Positions 1 through 9,264 are shown, numbered from the stretch's first letter. The stretch is 28,590 nt of DNA from an uncultured Candidatus Poseidoniales archaeon (GCA_964645485.1 CAZXZO010000003.1:33667-62256), one strand, 5' to 3'. A program made the numbers and translations. Notes: generated by a model from the sequence alone, not told the origin.

Positions 1-210
1 GATATCCATCAATGGGCAGGAGCTGAATCTTTAGAAAATCCAGACCCCGCCAACGATTTACGTTCCGGGATGGCAATTGTGGTTTCTGATTTACATGTAA
101 CAGAGAACCATTTGAGTTTCACTGCATTTTCGGAAAATACGATTCGTGGCGCAGCGGGTGGTTGCCTACTTCTAGCCGAACTAGCATTCAAACAAGGATT
201 ACTCGTTTAG
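1..210 (+). CDS. asd: Aspartate-semialdehyde dehydrogenase family, C-terminal fragment (5'-truncated by window)
   Basis: Frame +1 is open from base 1 to TAG at 208-210 (not in the ORF track). It translates to ...RSGMAIVVSDL...FTAFSENTIRGAAGGCLLLAELAFKQGLLV*, matching the archaeal-type Asd C-terminus (GMxVxV...NTIRGAAG...L.AEL). Confidence 0.8.
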   Translation, partial: DIHQWAGAESLENPDPANDLRSGMAIVVSDLHVTENHLSFTAFSENTIRGAAGGCLLLAELAFKQGLLV

Positions 211-255
211 GGAAAATCCTTCTAACCGGTGCGCTGACTCGCCGGCGTGAAAGGT

Positions 256-1341
256 ATGTCACAAGTTGAAATCTTAACAGGAGTTTCGCTGTCAAGCCTG
301 ACTGATTCTGTGCCCCAACAACTTGGAGCAAACTGGCAACAAGGGCACCAACGGACACAGATTTTGATACTCATCCAGCGCCATCATAGACAGAAATTTG
401 AGTCTCATGCCGCAACTTTGGCACTAAAACATCCTTGTTGGTCTTTGTTTTACCGCCCGAGAAAAGAGATTGAGGAGATTCAAAATAGTGGTCTAGACCC
501 AAAAACTGCTTCGTTCATGTTTCTTGACGTTGCCTTAGAAGACCTTGGCAAGTGGGTCGGGCCGCTCTCGAAAGATGACTGGCCGCGTGAAGAAGTAATC
601 ATCACACCATCAGAAGATGCTGACAATTATGACTCAACAAAATGGACTATGTTCAGAGACCCTTGGCTTGACCAAATCGAGGTTTTACCCCTCCAAGCCG
701 CACCATTAGAAATTGTGGCTAAAGCGTGGCTCACAATTCCAACAGCCTCCACTCCCCCAAGCCCTACACCCCCGAACCCAACCCCAGCACCAAGTAATAC
801 AGGAGGTGTTGAGGTGGCAAGTGATTCAGCCTTTGCAGGCAAATTAGCAGACTTAACTCATAGTTTTACTGTCAATAATCCTAATGCTCCGGCGGAGACA
901 CCATCTGTTGGCAGCCCCGCGCCAGCACCTGCCTCACCAACAGTGCCAGAATTTGTCATGCCATCAGGGCCTGTTTCAATTCCAAATTTTGGTGTTAACG
1001 CAACACCTGAATCGGAGCCGGTTAGCCAGCCTGTTGGAGCACCTTCAGCCTCGACTTTAGCACCAACCATTGTTGAAGCACCTACTATTGAATCGGCAAA
1101 AATTGAAGAAAAATCCGAGATTGTGCAACCTAATATTATAGAGACAGAGGCTGAAAATATCCCAGTTGATAATGAAGATGTTGACATCCATACCGAATTA
1201 ATTGACATCATCCAATTATTGAAAGTTGGAGGCTTAGAAACAGAACAAATTCTGGAGAGCCCAGCATTTGTAGAGGTTTCAGAACGAGCCACAGCCGCAG
1301 GGTTGGATGTGTGGACCATTTTGATTGAAAATTCAAGTTAA
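256..1341 (+). CDS. Hypothetical protein: N-terminal globular region, long Pro/Ser/Thr/Ala linker, acidic C-terminal region
   Basis: The 364-aa ORF starts at GTG 247; ATG 256 is preferred as the start. The centre is low-complexity (PSTPPSPTPPNPTPAPS...). No family recognised. Confidence 0.7.
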   Translation: MSQVEILTGVSLSSLTDSVPQQLGANWQQGHQRTQILILIQRHHRQKFESHAATLALKHPCWSLFYRPRKEIEEIQNSGLDPKTASFMFLDVALEDLGKWVGPLSKDDWPREEVIITPSEDADNYDSTKWTMFRDPWLDQIEVLPLQAAPLEIVAKAWLTIPTASTPPSPTPPNPTPAPSNTGGVEVASDSAFAGKLADLTHSFTVNNPNAPAETPSVGSPAPAPASPTVPEFVMPSGPVSIPNFGVNATPESEPVSQPVGAPSASTLAPTIVEAPTIESAKIEEKSEIVQPNIIETEAENIPVDNEDVDIHTELIDIIQLLKVGGLETEQILESPAFVEVSERATAAGLDVWTILIENSS

Positions 1342-1482
1342 ATTCACTTTGACTGAATTTGAAAATTTTACCATTGAATGCCCTGATAAATCTATACGGA
1401 GGCAAGTTAAATTCACTTTGACTGAATTTGAAAATTTTACCATTGAAGGCCCTGATAAATCTATACGGAGGCAAGTTAAATT
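1334..1482. repeat. 69-bp tandem duplication (2 copies plus an 11-bp third start)
   Basis: Units 1334-1402 and 1403-1471 differ at one base (gaatgccc vs gaaggccc). caagttaaatt occurs at 1334, 1403 and 1472. Confidence 0.97.
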
Positions 1483-1512
1483 ACAATCGGTTTGCGCAGC
1501 GGACTGATTCAC

Positions 1513-1815
1513 ATGGTCTACTGTCCGTCGTGTAGTGAACAGCAAGATGACACCAAGATGTTTTGTCGCTTTTGTGGAGGCTCCCTACCTGGCGAAAACA
1601 TGATGCTTAAACTACGAAATGAGGCTGTTGCTTTGGCGAATAATCGCAGTGGGAAAAGTGTATCACAGAGTCATTTGGAGACTCAGAAAACAATTGATGC
1701 CGTTCAAGAAAATGAGAACAACACCAACACCTACAAACCCGTGAATAATGGAGTTCACCTCAATTCTACAAAAGATGCAACAAACAGCCTAAAAGGACTA
1801 ATGCGTGACATTTAA
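1513..1815 (+). CDS. Small zinc-ribbon protein (N-terminal CPxC...CxxC)
   Basis: MVYCPSCSEQQDDTKMFCRFCGG matches zinc_ribbon_2/DZR-type motifs. ATG 1513 is in frame within ORF 1492..1815. Confidence 0.75.
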   Translation: MVYCPSCSEQQDDTKMFCRFCGGSLPGENMMLKLRNEAVALANNRSGKSVSQSHLETQKTIDAVQENENNTNTYKPVNNGVHLNSTKDATNSLKGLMRDI

Positions 1816-1921
1816 TTTTCACACAGTGAGCCTTTTCTAGGCCATTACTTGGTCTAAGTAATAGTTCACTTACGATTAATATGGGAGCGGTTTGATTTCA
1901 CATGACCACCTCGCGGTAAAC

Positions 1922-2548
1922 ATGGCAGGGGGGCTTCGCCGACTCGCAATGACGCTATCGCAACTGCCAAAGCACCCACAAAATTCAGTCGAACTAGAAC
2001 AGTATTCAACCGAGGGGGATTTCGCTGCCCGCTGGATTTCAGCAATTATTGAGGCTGGCGACCTTAATTCAGAATCTAATATTCTTGACCTTGGGGCAGG
2101 TAATGGAATACTCGGGATTGGCCTTCTTCTTGCTGGAGGCGCTCATGCAACCCTGATAGAAATTGATGCTGATGCGTCTAGCAAAGCGAGTGAAGGAGTG
2201 ACTAACCTGAATCTAAGTGAACGAGTAGAACTAATTGTGCAAGATTTGACTCGGTGGAAACACTGGCCCGAAGACCTAGAGTGTGATTTACTAATCATGA
2301 ATCCACCTTGGGGATTTCAAAAAACCAAGGCAGACCGCCCTTTTCTTGAACTTGCATTTTCTTCTCCCGCCAAATCAATTCATCTTCTCCATTCGGCAAA
2401 CGCCACCCACCCCCCAGCATTAGCAAAAGAACTCGGTTGGCAAGGTGAAGTCTTACTTGAGGGGACTTTTAGACTTCCAGCAAATTATGAACATCATAAG
2501 CAAGGTATGGCAGAAACTGCTGTAAAATGTTGGCGCTTTGTTAGATAG
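1922..2548 (+). CDS. METTL5-like (COG2263-type) SAM-dependent N6-adenine RNA methyltransferase
   Basis: LEQYST motif, SAM-binding LDLGAGNGILG and catalytic MNPPWG. It lies directly upstream of csl4, as is common in archaea. Confidence 0.88.
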   Translation: MAGGLRRLAMTLSQLPKHPQNSVELEQYSTEGDFAARWISAIIEAGDLNSESNILDLGAGNGILGIGLLLAGGAHATLIEIDADASSKASEGVTNLNLSERVELIVQDLTRWKHWPEDLECDLLIMNPPWGFQKTKADRPFLELAFSSPAKSIHLLHSANATHPPALAKELGWQGEVLLEGTFRLPANYEHHKQGMAETAVKCWRFVR

Positions 2549-2624
2549 GCGCCTTCAAAAACCCCAGTCGGGTCGGCAGGTTAGTAATCCATCTCGTAGA
2601 GATGCTATCAGGAGACCTATTACA

Positions 2625-3938
2625 ATGTCAACCACAGTTACTGATGGATATTTTATCACCCCAGGTGAAAAGATCGAACTATCTGGAGATGCAGGTACAG
2701 GCGTGACCGAAGTTGATGGCACACTTATCGCCACTCAAGTTGGAGTTGTGTCTCTGAAAGATGGCTCAGTTTCTGTTTCTTCTCAAACTGATGGACCACG
2801 TACCCCAGTTGTTGGTGATGTTGTGATTGGGCAAGTTAGTAGGTTACAAAACAAAACTGCTGAAATCAAAATATTGCACGTTGAAGGCACCTCTTTTAGA
2901 GACCTGCCTGCAGAACAATTGTTTGGAGATATATTCGTCTCTGAAGTAGTAAATCGATTTCTTCCGGCTCCAGGTGACGCAATGCGAATGAATGATGTGA
3001 TACGTGGTGAAGTACTGCAAGTCAATCCAATCATGAAACTCACAACCAAGCCAAAGCCACGCTATGGTGTTCTACATGCTGCTTGCCCTGCTTGTGGAGA
3101 AATTCTCTCTCCAAGCGATGAAAAAGATGATTTCAATGTCGCTTGTGGTCGTTGTGACTATACTGCTTTCCGAGCATTAGCTGATGATTACGGTCATGGT
3201 TTCTTTGAGGAAGGAAGTGGATTTGATTCCCTAAACCGTGGCGGTGAGAGGTGGGATTCTGATGCAGAAGCTCGTCTTTCCCATGACGGCTCCCGCCCCT
3301 ATTTATCTCCCCTAGCAGACTATCGCAGAGGCACTGTTCACGAAATACCAAAGAAATTCCTCGGCCGAGGAGGTGGCGGTGGTAGAGGACGCGGTGACAG
3401 ACCACGCCGTGAGATGCACAAAACCACGTGCACACTTTGTTCAGACAAGTGTGAAGTACCATTCAAACCAACACCTGGGAAGCCAATTCGTTGCCGACCA
3501 TGTATGGAAAAAATTGAGAATAGCGAGGCTACACCTGATGAGTTGGCAGCCGAAAGAAAAATCCTCCTCGCAGCAAGAGATGCAGCACAAGAAACAGCCG
3601 GATTCAAGATGTTCATCGGTGGTGTTCCTTACGAAGTGAACGAAGAGGAACTAACTGCTTTATTCGCTGAACATGGAGCATTGAAGGAAGTGCACATCGC
3701 TACCGACCGTGAAACCGGAAAGAGCAAAGGATTCGCATTTGTTACTTACGCAAGTCATGCTGACGGGAAGAAAGCCCTTCCCCATCTAAAAGGCCTCAAA
3801 CTTGGTGGCCGGAAGTTGACTGTTCAAGAAGCAAAATCAGGTGGCGGTCGCGGTGGCGGCGGTCGCGGTGGTGGACGCAGTGGTGGTGGCCGTGGGGGAA
3901 GAGGCGGCAACCGTGGTGGCCGAAACGACCGACGCTGA
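2625..3938 (+). CDS. csl4: Exosome cap subunit Csl4 fused to CxxC-x17-CxxC Zn finger, RRM and RGG tail
   Basis: NTD (FITPGEKI), S1 (PVVGDVVIGQV...DVIRGEV) and Zn ribbon (CPAC..CGRC) define Csl4. These are followed by CTLC-x17-CRPC, RNP2 MFIGGV, RNP1 KGFAFVTY and a Gly/Arg tail. ATG 2625 follows a GGAG SD-like motif. Confidence 0.88.
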   Translation: MSTTVTDGYFITPGEKIELSGDAGTGVTEVDGTLIATQVGVVSLKDGSVSVSSQTDGPRTPVVGDVVIGQVSRLQNKTAEIKILHVEGTSFRDLPAEQLFGDIFVSEVVNRFLPAPGDAMRMNDVIRGEVLQVNPIMKLTTKPKPRYGVLHAACPACGEILSPSDEKDDFNVACGRCDYTAFRALADDYGHGFFEEGSGFDSLNRGGERWDSDAEARLSHDGSRPYLSPLADYRRGTVHEIPKKFLGRGGGGGRGRGDRPRREMHKTTCTLCSDKCEVPFKPTPGKPIRCRPCMEKIENSEATPDELAAERKILLAARDAAQETAGFKMFIGGVPYEVNEEELTALFAEHGALKEVHIATDRETGKSKGFAFVTYASHADGKKALPHLKGLKLGGRKLTVQEAKSGGGRGGGGRGGGRSGGGRGGRGGNRGGRNDRR

Positions 3939-4013
3939 AATTTGAGAATGCCTACAAGTTAGGCCGAACCTATCACAACCAATGACCTATCCCGCACAAG
4001 TGGAGGGTTTCAT

Positions 4014-5759
4014 TTGGGTTGGTTAGTCATCGATGGTTATGAGGATGAACCTGCTGCTTTTGGTGTACCTCCTTACATTGGATTCCACATCCGTTATGTT
4101 TGCGGAGTTTTGGAATCAAGGAACATTGACTATGATTATGTGACAATTGATGATTGGCGACTTGGCAACCGACCAGACCTATCCAGTTGTGATGGAATAG
4201 TGCTTCTGGCAGGAGCAATTGTTCCCGGGAAATATCTACGCGGCACGCCTATTTCACTTCGAGAAACAGATGAATTACTGAGAACTGTTCCACGCCACGC
4301 CCCTCTAATCGCTGGTGGCTGGGCTATCAGAGGCTGGCGACAACAAGGTTGGACTCCCTTGAGAAGTAACCTATTTTTGTGTGTGCAAGATACTGATGCA
4401 ACTCTCAACCACTTTCTAGAAAAAGGAGAATTCAAGCACCAAAGAAGAACCACAGAACAATGGAATGAGTGGGCAAAACACGGCGCGTTGAGTAAGGCTG
4501 TTGGAGAACACCCAGACCTATTTAGTAAAAGAGGAGATGAAAATTACCCCGGTCCATTGACCTACGAAGTTGAGGTTTACCAAGGCTGTGTTCGATACAA
4601 AAGAGGTTGTAAATTTTGTATAGAGCCAAAGAAAGGAGTACCTATTTTCCGAACACCTGAAAAAGTGATTGAAGAAGTGAAAATTGCTGTTGAATCGGGC
4701 GTGACCAACGTCAGATTAGGTGGGATGACAGATGTTTACACTTACATGGCAGAGGGAGTTGTTGAACTAGAATATCCACAACCAAACCCTGAACCAATCG
4801 CCAAATTATTGCATGGCCTGAGAGACCTTGATGGCCTTGAAATTCTGCATACAGACAATGCAAATCCAAGTATCATCGCTGAAAATCTAGAGTTAGCCAG
4901 TGAAATTACCAATACACTTGTTGAAACTCTGAGTGATGGAAGCGTGTTGTCTTTTGGACTAGAATCAGCTGACCCAACTGTTCACGATGCAAATTGGTTA
5001 AATTGCGATACGAATCAATTAAAAATTGCAGTGAGGCATATCAACGAGCATGGGCGCAAACGTGGTGCAAGAGGGCTTCCTCAACTACTTCCCGGACTCA
5101 ATTTCATTGCCGGTTTGAATGGTGAAACCACTAATACTTACAATATGAATAAACAGCTACTCCAAGAAATGAAGAACGAGGGTTTGTGGCTTCGACGCAT
5201 CAATATCCGCCAAGTTGAAGGCGAGGGATTTCAAGAAATCCCAGAAGTTGAATTCCGAGAATTCAAACAATGGGTAAGGGACGAAATTGACGGCCCATTG
5301 TTAGAAGAATTGTTTCCATTAGGGCAACGACTGAATGCGGTAAGATGGGAGAGTCATGATGAACGCATTCGACTTCCTCACAACATAACTGATGAAAGTC
5401 ACAGAAGTGAGGAATGCCGCGGGAAATCTGGCATCACCTTTGGAAGACAGATTGGTGCCTATCCAATTTTAGTTGGAGTCCCGTACCACATTCCGTTAGA
5501 ATCCATCTCTGACGTTATTGTTACTGGTCATGGCAAACGATCTATCTCCGCAGTAGAAGCAAAACTCAATCTCAACACTGTTAGTCAGAAGCAACTTCAG
5601 GCAATCCCTGGAATAGGAGAAAAAACAGCGTGGAGTCTAATTAGTGAAAGAGTGAAGAGAAAACACAAAGGAGACTCTTTTTCATCCTTAGAAGATGCCT
5701 TTGAATCAATAAATTTGGTAGCATCAGAACTAGCAAAAAAAATATTGGAGGTAGAGTGA
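4014..5759 (+). CDS. Radical SAM protein with C-terminal helix-hairpin-helix (COG1031-like)
   Basis: N-terminal IDGYEDEPAAFGVPPY; Fe-S motif CVRYKRGCKFC (Cx6Cx2C, 4587-4619); C-terminal LNLNTVSQKQLQAIPGIGEKTA HhH. TTG start after GGAGG. Confidence 0.85.
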   Translation: MGWLVIDGYEDEPAAFGVPPYIGFHIRYVCGVLESRNIDYDYVTIDDWRLGNRPDLSSCDGIVLLAGAIVPGKYLRGTPISLRETDELLRTVPRHAPLIAGGWAIRGWRQQGWTPLRSNLFLCVQDTDATLNHFLEKGEFKHQRRTTEQWNEWAKHGALSKAVGEHPDLFSKRGDENYPGPLTYEVEVYQGCVRYKRGCKFCIEPKKGVPIFRTPEKVIEEVKIAVESGVTNVRLGGMTDVYTYMAEGVVELEYPQPNPEPIAKLLHGLRDLDGLEILHTDNANPSIIAENLELASEITNTLVETLSDGSVLSFGLESADPTVHDANWLNCDTNQLKIAVRHINEHGRKRGARGLPQLLPGLNFIAGLNGETTNTYNMNKQLLQEMKNEGLWLRRINIRQVEGEGFQEIPEVEFREFKQWVRDEIDGPLLEELFPLGQRLNAVRWESHDERIRLPHNITDESHRSEECRGKSGITFGRQIGAYPILVGVPYHIPLESISDVIVTGHGKRSISAVEAKLNLNTVSQKQLQAIPGIGEKTAWSLISERVKRKHKGDSFSSLEDAFESINLVASELAKKILEVE

Positions 5760-6478
5760 TGGAAACTCTTGAGGAAGCGGCAAAATCACTTTCCGATGCC
5801 TGCAACAATCTTACTCCTAAGTTGAGTAAAACAGTATCTTGGATTTACAATCCTCTTGATTACGCGTGGGAAGTACACCACCAATACCTAAGAAAATACG
5901 GTGACTTGGGTTGCAAGACTATCTTGCTAGGAATGAACCCCGGGCCTTGGGGAATGGGACAAACAGGTGTGCCATTTGGAGATGTAAACAAAGTAACAGA
6001 TTACCTTGGACTGACTGGAAATGTAAGTCAGCCAGAAAAATTGCACCCCAAACGACCAGTGATTGGCATGGAATCTACTAGAAACGAAGTCTCTGGAACA
6101 CGCTTATGGGGGATTCTGGAGGATACTTTTGGTTCTGCTGAAAAGGCCCATGCGAAATTGTTCGTGGTCAACCATTGTCCGCTATTGATGTTTGATGAAA
6201 ATGGAAGAAATCTCACGCCTGACAAAATAAGTGGGCCAAGTGCCAAGAAATTACTTGAGATTTGTAATTTGCATCTAAGGCAAGTGGTAGAAATTCTTGG
6301 GGCAACACGAGTGATTGGTGTCGGTGCTTATGCCGAAAAACAAGCAACCAAGGCTCTTGCCGGAATTGATATTGAAATCAAAAGGATTCCACATCCTTCG
6401 CCAGCCAGCCCATTTGCCAATAGAAATGGTGGGGCAGACTGGCGCCATGAAGTAAAGAACGTACTTTCTAAATTGTGA
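5759..6478 (+). CDS. smug1: SMUG1-type (UDG family 3) uracil-DNA glycosylase
   Basis: YNPLDYAW, GMNPGPWGMGQTGVPFG and HPSP motifs. The ATG overlaps the upstream stop (TGATG, 5757-5761). Confidence 0.92.
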   Translation: METLEEAAKSLSDACNNLTPKLSKTVSWIYNPLDYAWEVHHQYLRKYGDLGCKTILLGMNPGPWGMGQTGVPFGDVNKVTDYLGLTGNVSQPEKLHPKRPVIGMESTRNEVSGTRLWGILEDTFGSAEKAHAKLFVVNHCPLLMFDENGRNLTPDKISGPSAKKLLEICNLHLRQVVEILGATRVIGVGAYAEKQATKALAGIDIEIKRIPHPSPASPFANRNGGADWRHEVKNVLSKL

Positions 6479-6591
6479 TATTTTTATCCTTAAAAAATTA
6501 CGGAAAACAGTTTATTGAAGATGTTGAATTTAGCAATCTGCCGCCCTAATCCTCATGAGGGAGACCTTACCTTCGCAGAGACGGCGAGACG

Positions 6592-8493
6592 ATGAGTGAG
6601 AGTAGAGAACCAATAAAAATGCAAATACATGACATCGACAGAGATTGGAGTAATCCAATCGATGGAGACCCAAAAACATTGCATGAAATGATGATTGCAG
6701 CAGTTGCACGCAGTGGTGACGCACCATTGTTTGGATACATCCCTAGCCGTGGACAACCAAGAATCCATATTACATTCAATGAATTTGGAGGATTAGTTGA
6801 CTCTGTTTCACGCGGCTTGCGTGACCGAGGAGTGACTGAGGGTGGTAGAGTAGCAATTATTCTCAATAATTCTGTAGAATGGGCGGCAACATCCTATGCT
6901 ACAAATGCACTAGGTGCTGCCTATACGGCAATGTACACCCATCAACACGGTAGCGAATGGGCTTTCATCATCAACGATTCAGGCCCAACTGTTCTAATCG
7001 CAGCTGATAACGATGTACTTGACCGACTTTGTGAACATTTACCAGATGATGGTTGGCCATCAGGCGGTATTGTATTACTTGGTGAAGATGCACCTAATTC
7101 TACACCACCTGAAGGTGTCAGCGTTACAAACTGGAGCACATTTGTTGCTGAAGGTAGTAACTCGGAACCGGTCGGTGAGCCAGCAAATGACCCACACGCT
7201 TTAGCAACTTTACTGTACACTAGTGGTACAACTGGTAATCCAAAAGGAGTAATGCTAACTAACTGGAATATCCTACATAATATTTTGACAATGCAGGGAA
7301 GATTTGAGTTATACAAAGGCGATAAAACCGCATCATTCCTACCATGGGCACACTCCTTTGGACAAATGGGGGATCTACACTACATGTTACATCAAGGGGT
7401 TCATATTAACCTCATCTCAGATTTGTTGAAAATTGCTGAAGAGTGTACTGAAATCAAGCCACATGCGCTTTTCGCTGTACCTCGTGTATGGAACAAATTG
7501 TATGGGAAAGTTATGGCTGGCCTTAATGCATCACCTATCAAGAGACGATTAGGCGCACTGGCTTTCAAGAAAGCAGCAGCGAGAATTGCTGCAGATGGTA
7601 GAGACTGTGTCAAGATTCCACCGAAGGGATTCCTAGACAAAAAACTTGACAAAATTGTATTCAGTAAAATTCGAGGTAGATTCGGAGGGGAAATGCGATT
7701 CTGTATTTCTGGTGGAGCAGCACTCTCCCCAGAAGTTGCATCATTCATTCAATCCGTGGGATTCTCAATGTACGAGGGATATGGTCTAACAGAAACTGCA
7801 CCTCTAGTCTCAATTAATGGGTGGGAAAATGGACATCCGTGCAAATTAGGAACTGTTGGCCGAGCCATCCCAGGAGTACGTATCGTAATTGACCAAGATG
7901 CTTGGGATAACCCTGACAGTGACGATGGTGAAATTGTGGTTTACGGACCTAACATCATGAAGGGTTACTGGAATAATCCAGAAGCAACTGCAGAAGTGAT
8001 GACCGAGGATGGTGGATTCAGAACTGGCGATCTTGGAGTACTTGATGATGGCTTCTTGAAAATCACTGGAAGAGTGAAGGAACAATTCAAACTTGAGAAT
8101 GGGAAGTATGTCGCACCTTCACCTCTTGAAGAATCACTCAAACTTTCTGCTCTCGTAGAACAATGTTGTGTTGATGGGACCAACAAAATCAGAACTTTCA
8201 CAATACTTCACCCTAACGAAGACGCACTTCGAGACGGCTTAAAGGGTGCAAATATAGATGCTAGTGGTTCATTTGAAGAACTGTGTGCCTCACAAGAAGT
8301 TCGTGCATTTGTTCTTGCATCATTGAAAGAAGAAATCATGGCTCCAAATTGGAAAGGATTTGAGATTTCAGGCGGAGTTGTTCTTGACGCAGAAGAATGG
8401 ACTACCGATAATGAAATGATTACACCATCACTCAAAGTAAAGCGTCGAGCGTTATTTGCTAAACACCAAGCTGACATTGATGCTATGAGTTAA
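6592..8493 (+). CDS. Long-chain fatty acyl-CoA synthetase (AMP-binding family)
   Basis: YTSGTTGNPKG, YEGYGLTE, FRTGDLG and FKLENGKYVAP motifs. Confidence 0.92.
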   Translation: MSESREPIKMQIHDIDRDWSNPIDGDPKTLHEMMIAAVARSGDAPLFGYIPSRGQPRIHITFNEFGGLVDSVSRGLRDRGVTEGGRVAIILNNSVEWAATSYATNALGAAYTAMYTHQHGSEWAFIINDSGPTVLIAADNDVLDRLCEHLPDDGWPSGGIVLLGEDAPNSTPPEGVSVTNWSTFVAEGSNSEPVGEPANDPHALATLLYTSGTTGNPKGVMLTNWNILHNILTMQGRFELYKGDKTASFLPWAHSFGQMGDLHYMLHQGVHINLISDLLKIAEECTEIKPHALFAVPRVWNKLYGKVMAGLNASPIKRRLGALAFKKAAARIAADGRDCVKIPPKGFLDKKLDKIVFSKIRGRFGGEMRFCISGGAALSPEVASFIQSVGFSMYEGYGLTETAPLVSINGWENGHPCKLGTVGRAIPGVRIVIDQDAWDNPDSDDGEIVVYGPNIMKGYWNNPEATAEVMTEDGGFRTGDLGVLDDGFLKITGRVKEQFKLENGKYVAPSPLEESLKLSALVEQCCVDGTNKIRTFTILHPNEDALRDGLKGANIDASGSFEELCASQEVRAFVLASLKEEIMAPNWKGFEISGGVVLDAEEWTTDNEMITPSLKVKRRALFAKHQADIDAMS

Positions 8494-8522
8494 TCGTGCT
8501 GCAATAATTCGGACTGAATTAC

Positions 8523-9173
8523 TCAATCCAATTGGTCGCCATAACGCCATTGTTGGAACAATGAACCAATTATTATGCAGGCCACAATTATGATTGCACT
8601 GTAGCCAGATTTTGAGTCGAAATTTTCCATCCCCTGAATGCCAACCGAAGTGATGGTGACGCCAGCAGCAAGCACGATTCCACCTAGACTTGCCGAACCA
8701 ACAAAGGTGATTGGCTCTTTCATATTCTTTACTAATCTAGCACCAATAATGAAAGATAAATCTAAAGCGATTGCCGCAATAATCCAGTTAAAAGAATAAA
8801 ATTCAACAATAATTGAAAGGATTACTGCCATTACGCCCATACCGAGACAACCACCCAAAATGAAGTGGAAGTTCTTCCCAATTGAGGCACCTGATATACC
8901 TGCAATCATCCCGATTGCTACCCCAATCCAAATCGCTATTTTAGGGTCTAAACCTAAAAATGCGTAAACAATTGCCCCGGATGTTAATGAAAAGGGCACG
9001 AAGAGAGCCCATGCGGTTAGCAGTGGTAATAGCCTTGGACCTGCTAAAGTTAGAGACACCCCAAGAAACACAAGAATCATGCCAATGATAGGACCATATG
9101 TCGTGAGAATTGCATCGAGTTGCTGCTCTTGACTTAGCGGCACAAATTGTGCGAAGAAGTGACTTTGCTTCAA
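8523..9173 (-). CDS. Multi-pass membrane protein, DUF4203/TMEM198-like
   Basis: About 7 Gly-rich hydrophobic helices (GxxL.LAGPRLL...IG..IG...G...G.F.LGG). TTG start is uncertain; family assigned by pattern only. Confidence 0.6.
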   Translation of the reverse strand: MKQSHFFAQFVPLSQEQQLDAILTTYGPIIGMILVFLGVSLTLAGPRLLPLLTAWALFVPFSLTSGAIVYAFLGLDPKIAIWIGVAIGMIAGISGASIGKNFHFILGGCLGMGVMAVILSIIVEFYSFNWIIAAIALDLSFIIGARLVKNMKEPITFVGSASLGGIVLAAGVTITSVGIQGMENFDSKSGYSAIIIVACIIIGSLFQQWRYGDQLD

Positions 9174-9205
9174 TTATCGGGTCATGGAAATCTTGCAACA
9201 ATCGC

Positions 9206-9224
9206 TGGCGGCCGTAGGCCGCCA
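9206..9224. promoter_or_regulatory. Perfect 8-bp inverted repeat in the divergent DUF4203/icmF intergenic region
   Basis: tggcggcc-gta-ggccgcca. Confidence 0.45.
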
Positions 9225-9264
9225 TATAGGAGATATGATGAGTAGGGGCTGAATCGGGCTAAAT

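Noticed and set aside
1208-1545. ORFs 1325..1507 (+), 1208..1474 (-) and 1333..1545 (-) with 23-aa repeats
   Set aside because: By-products of a 69-bp (3n) duplication. They have weak starts, overlap real genes and show no family signal.
3837-3935. GGY/CGY-rich simple repeat
   Set aside because: Simply encodes the RGG tail of Csl4.
9174-9264. Cobalamin riboswitch upstream of icmF
   Set aside because: Only 91 bp is available and no B12-box core is recognisable.
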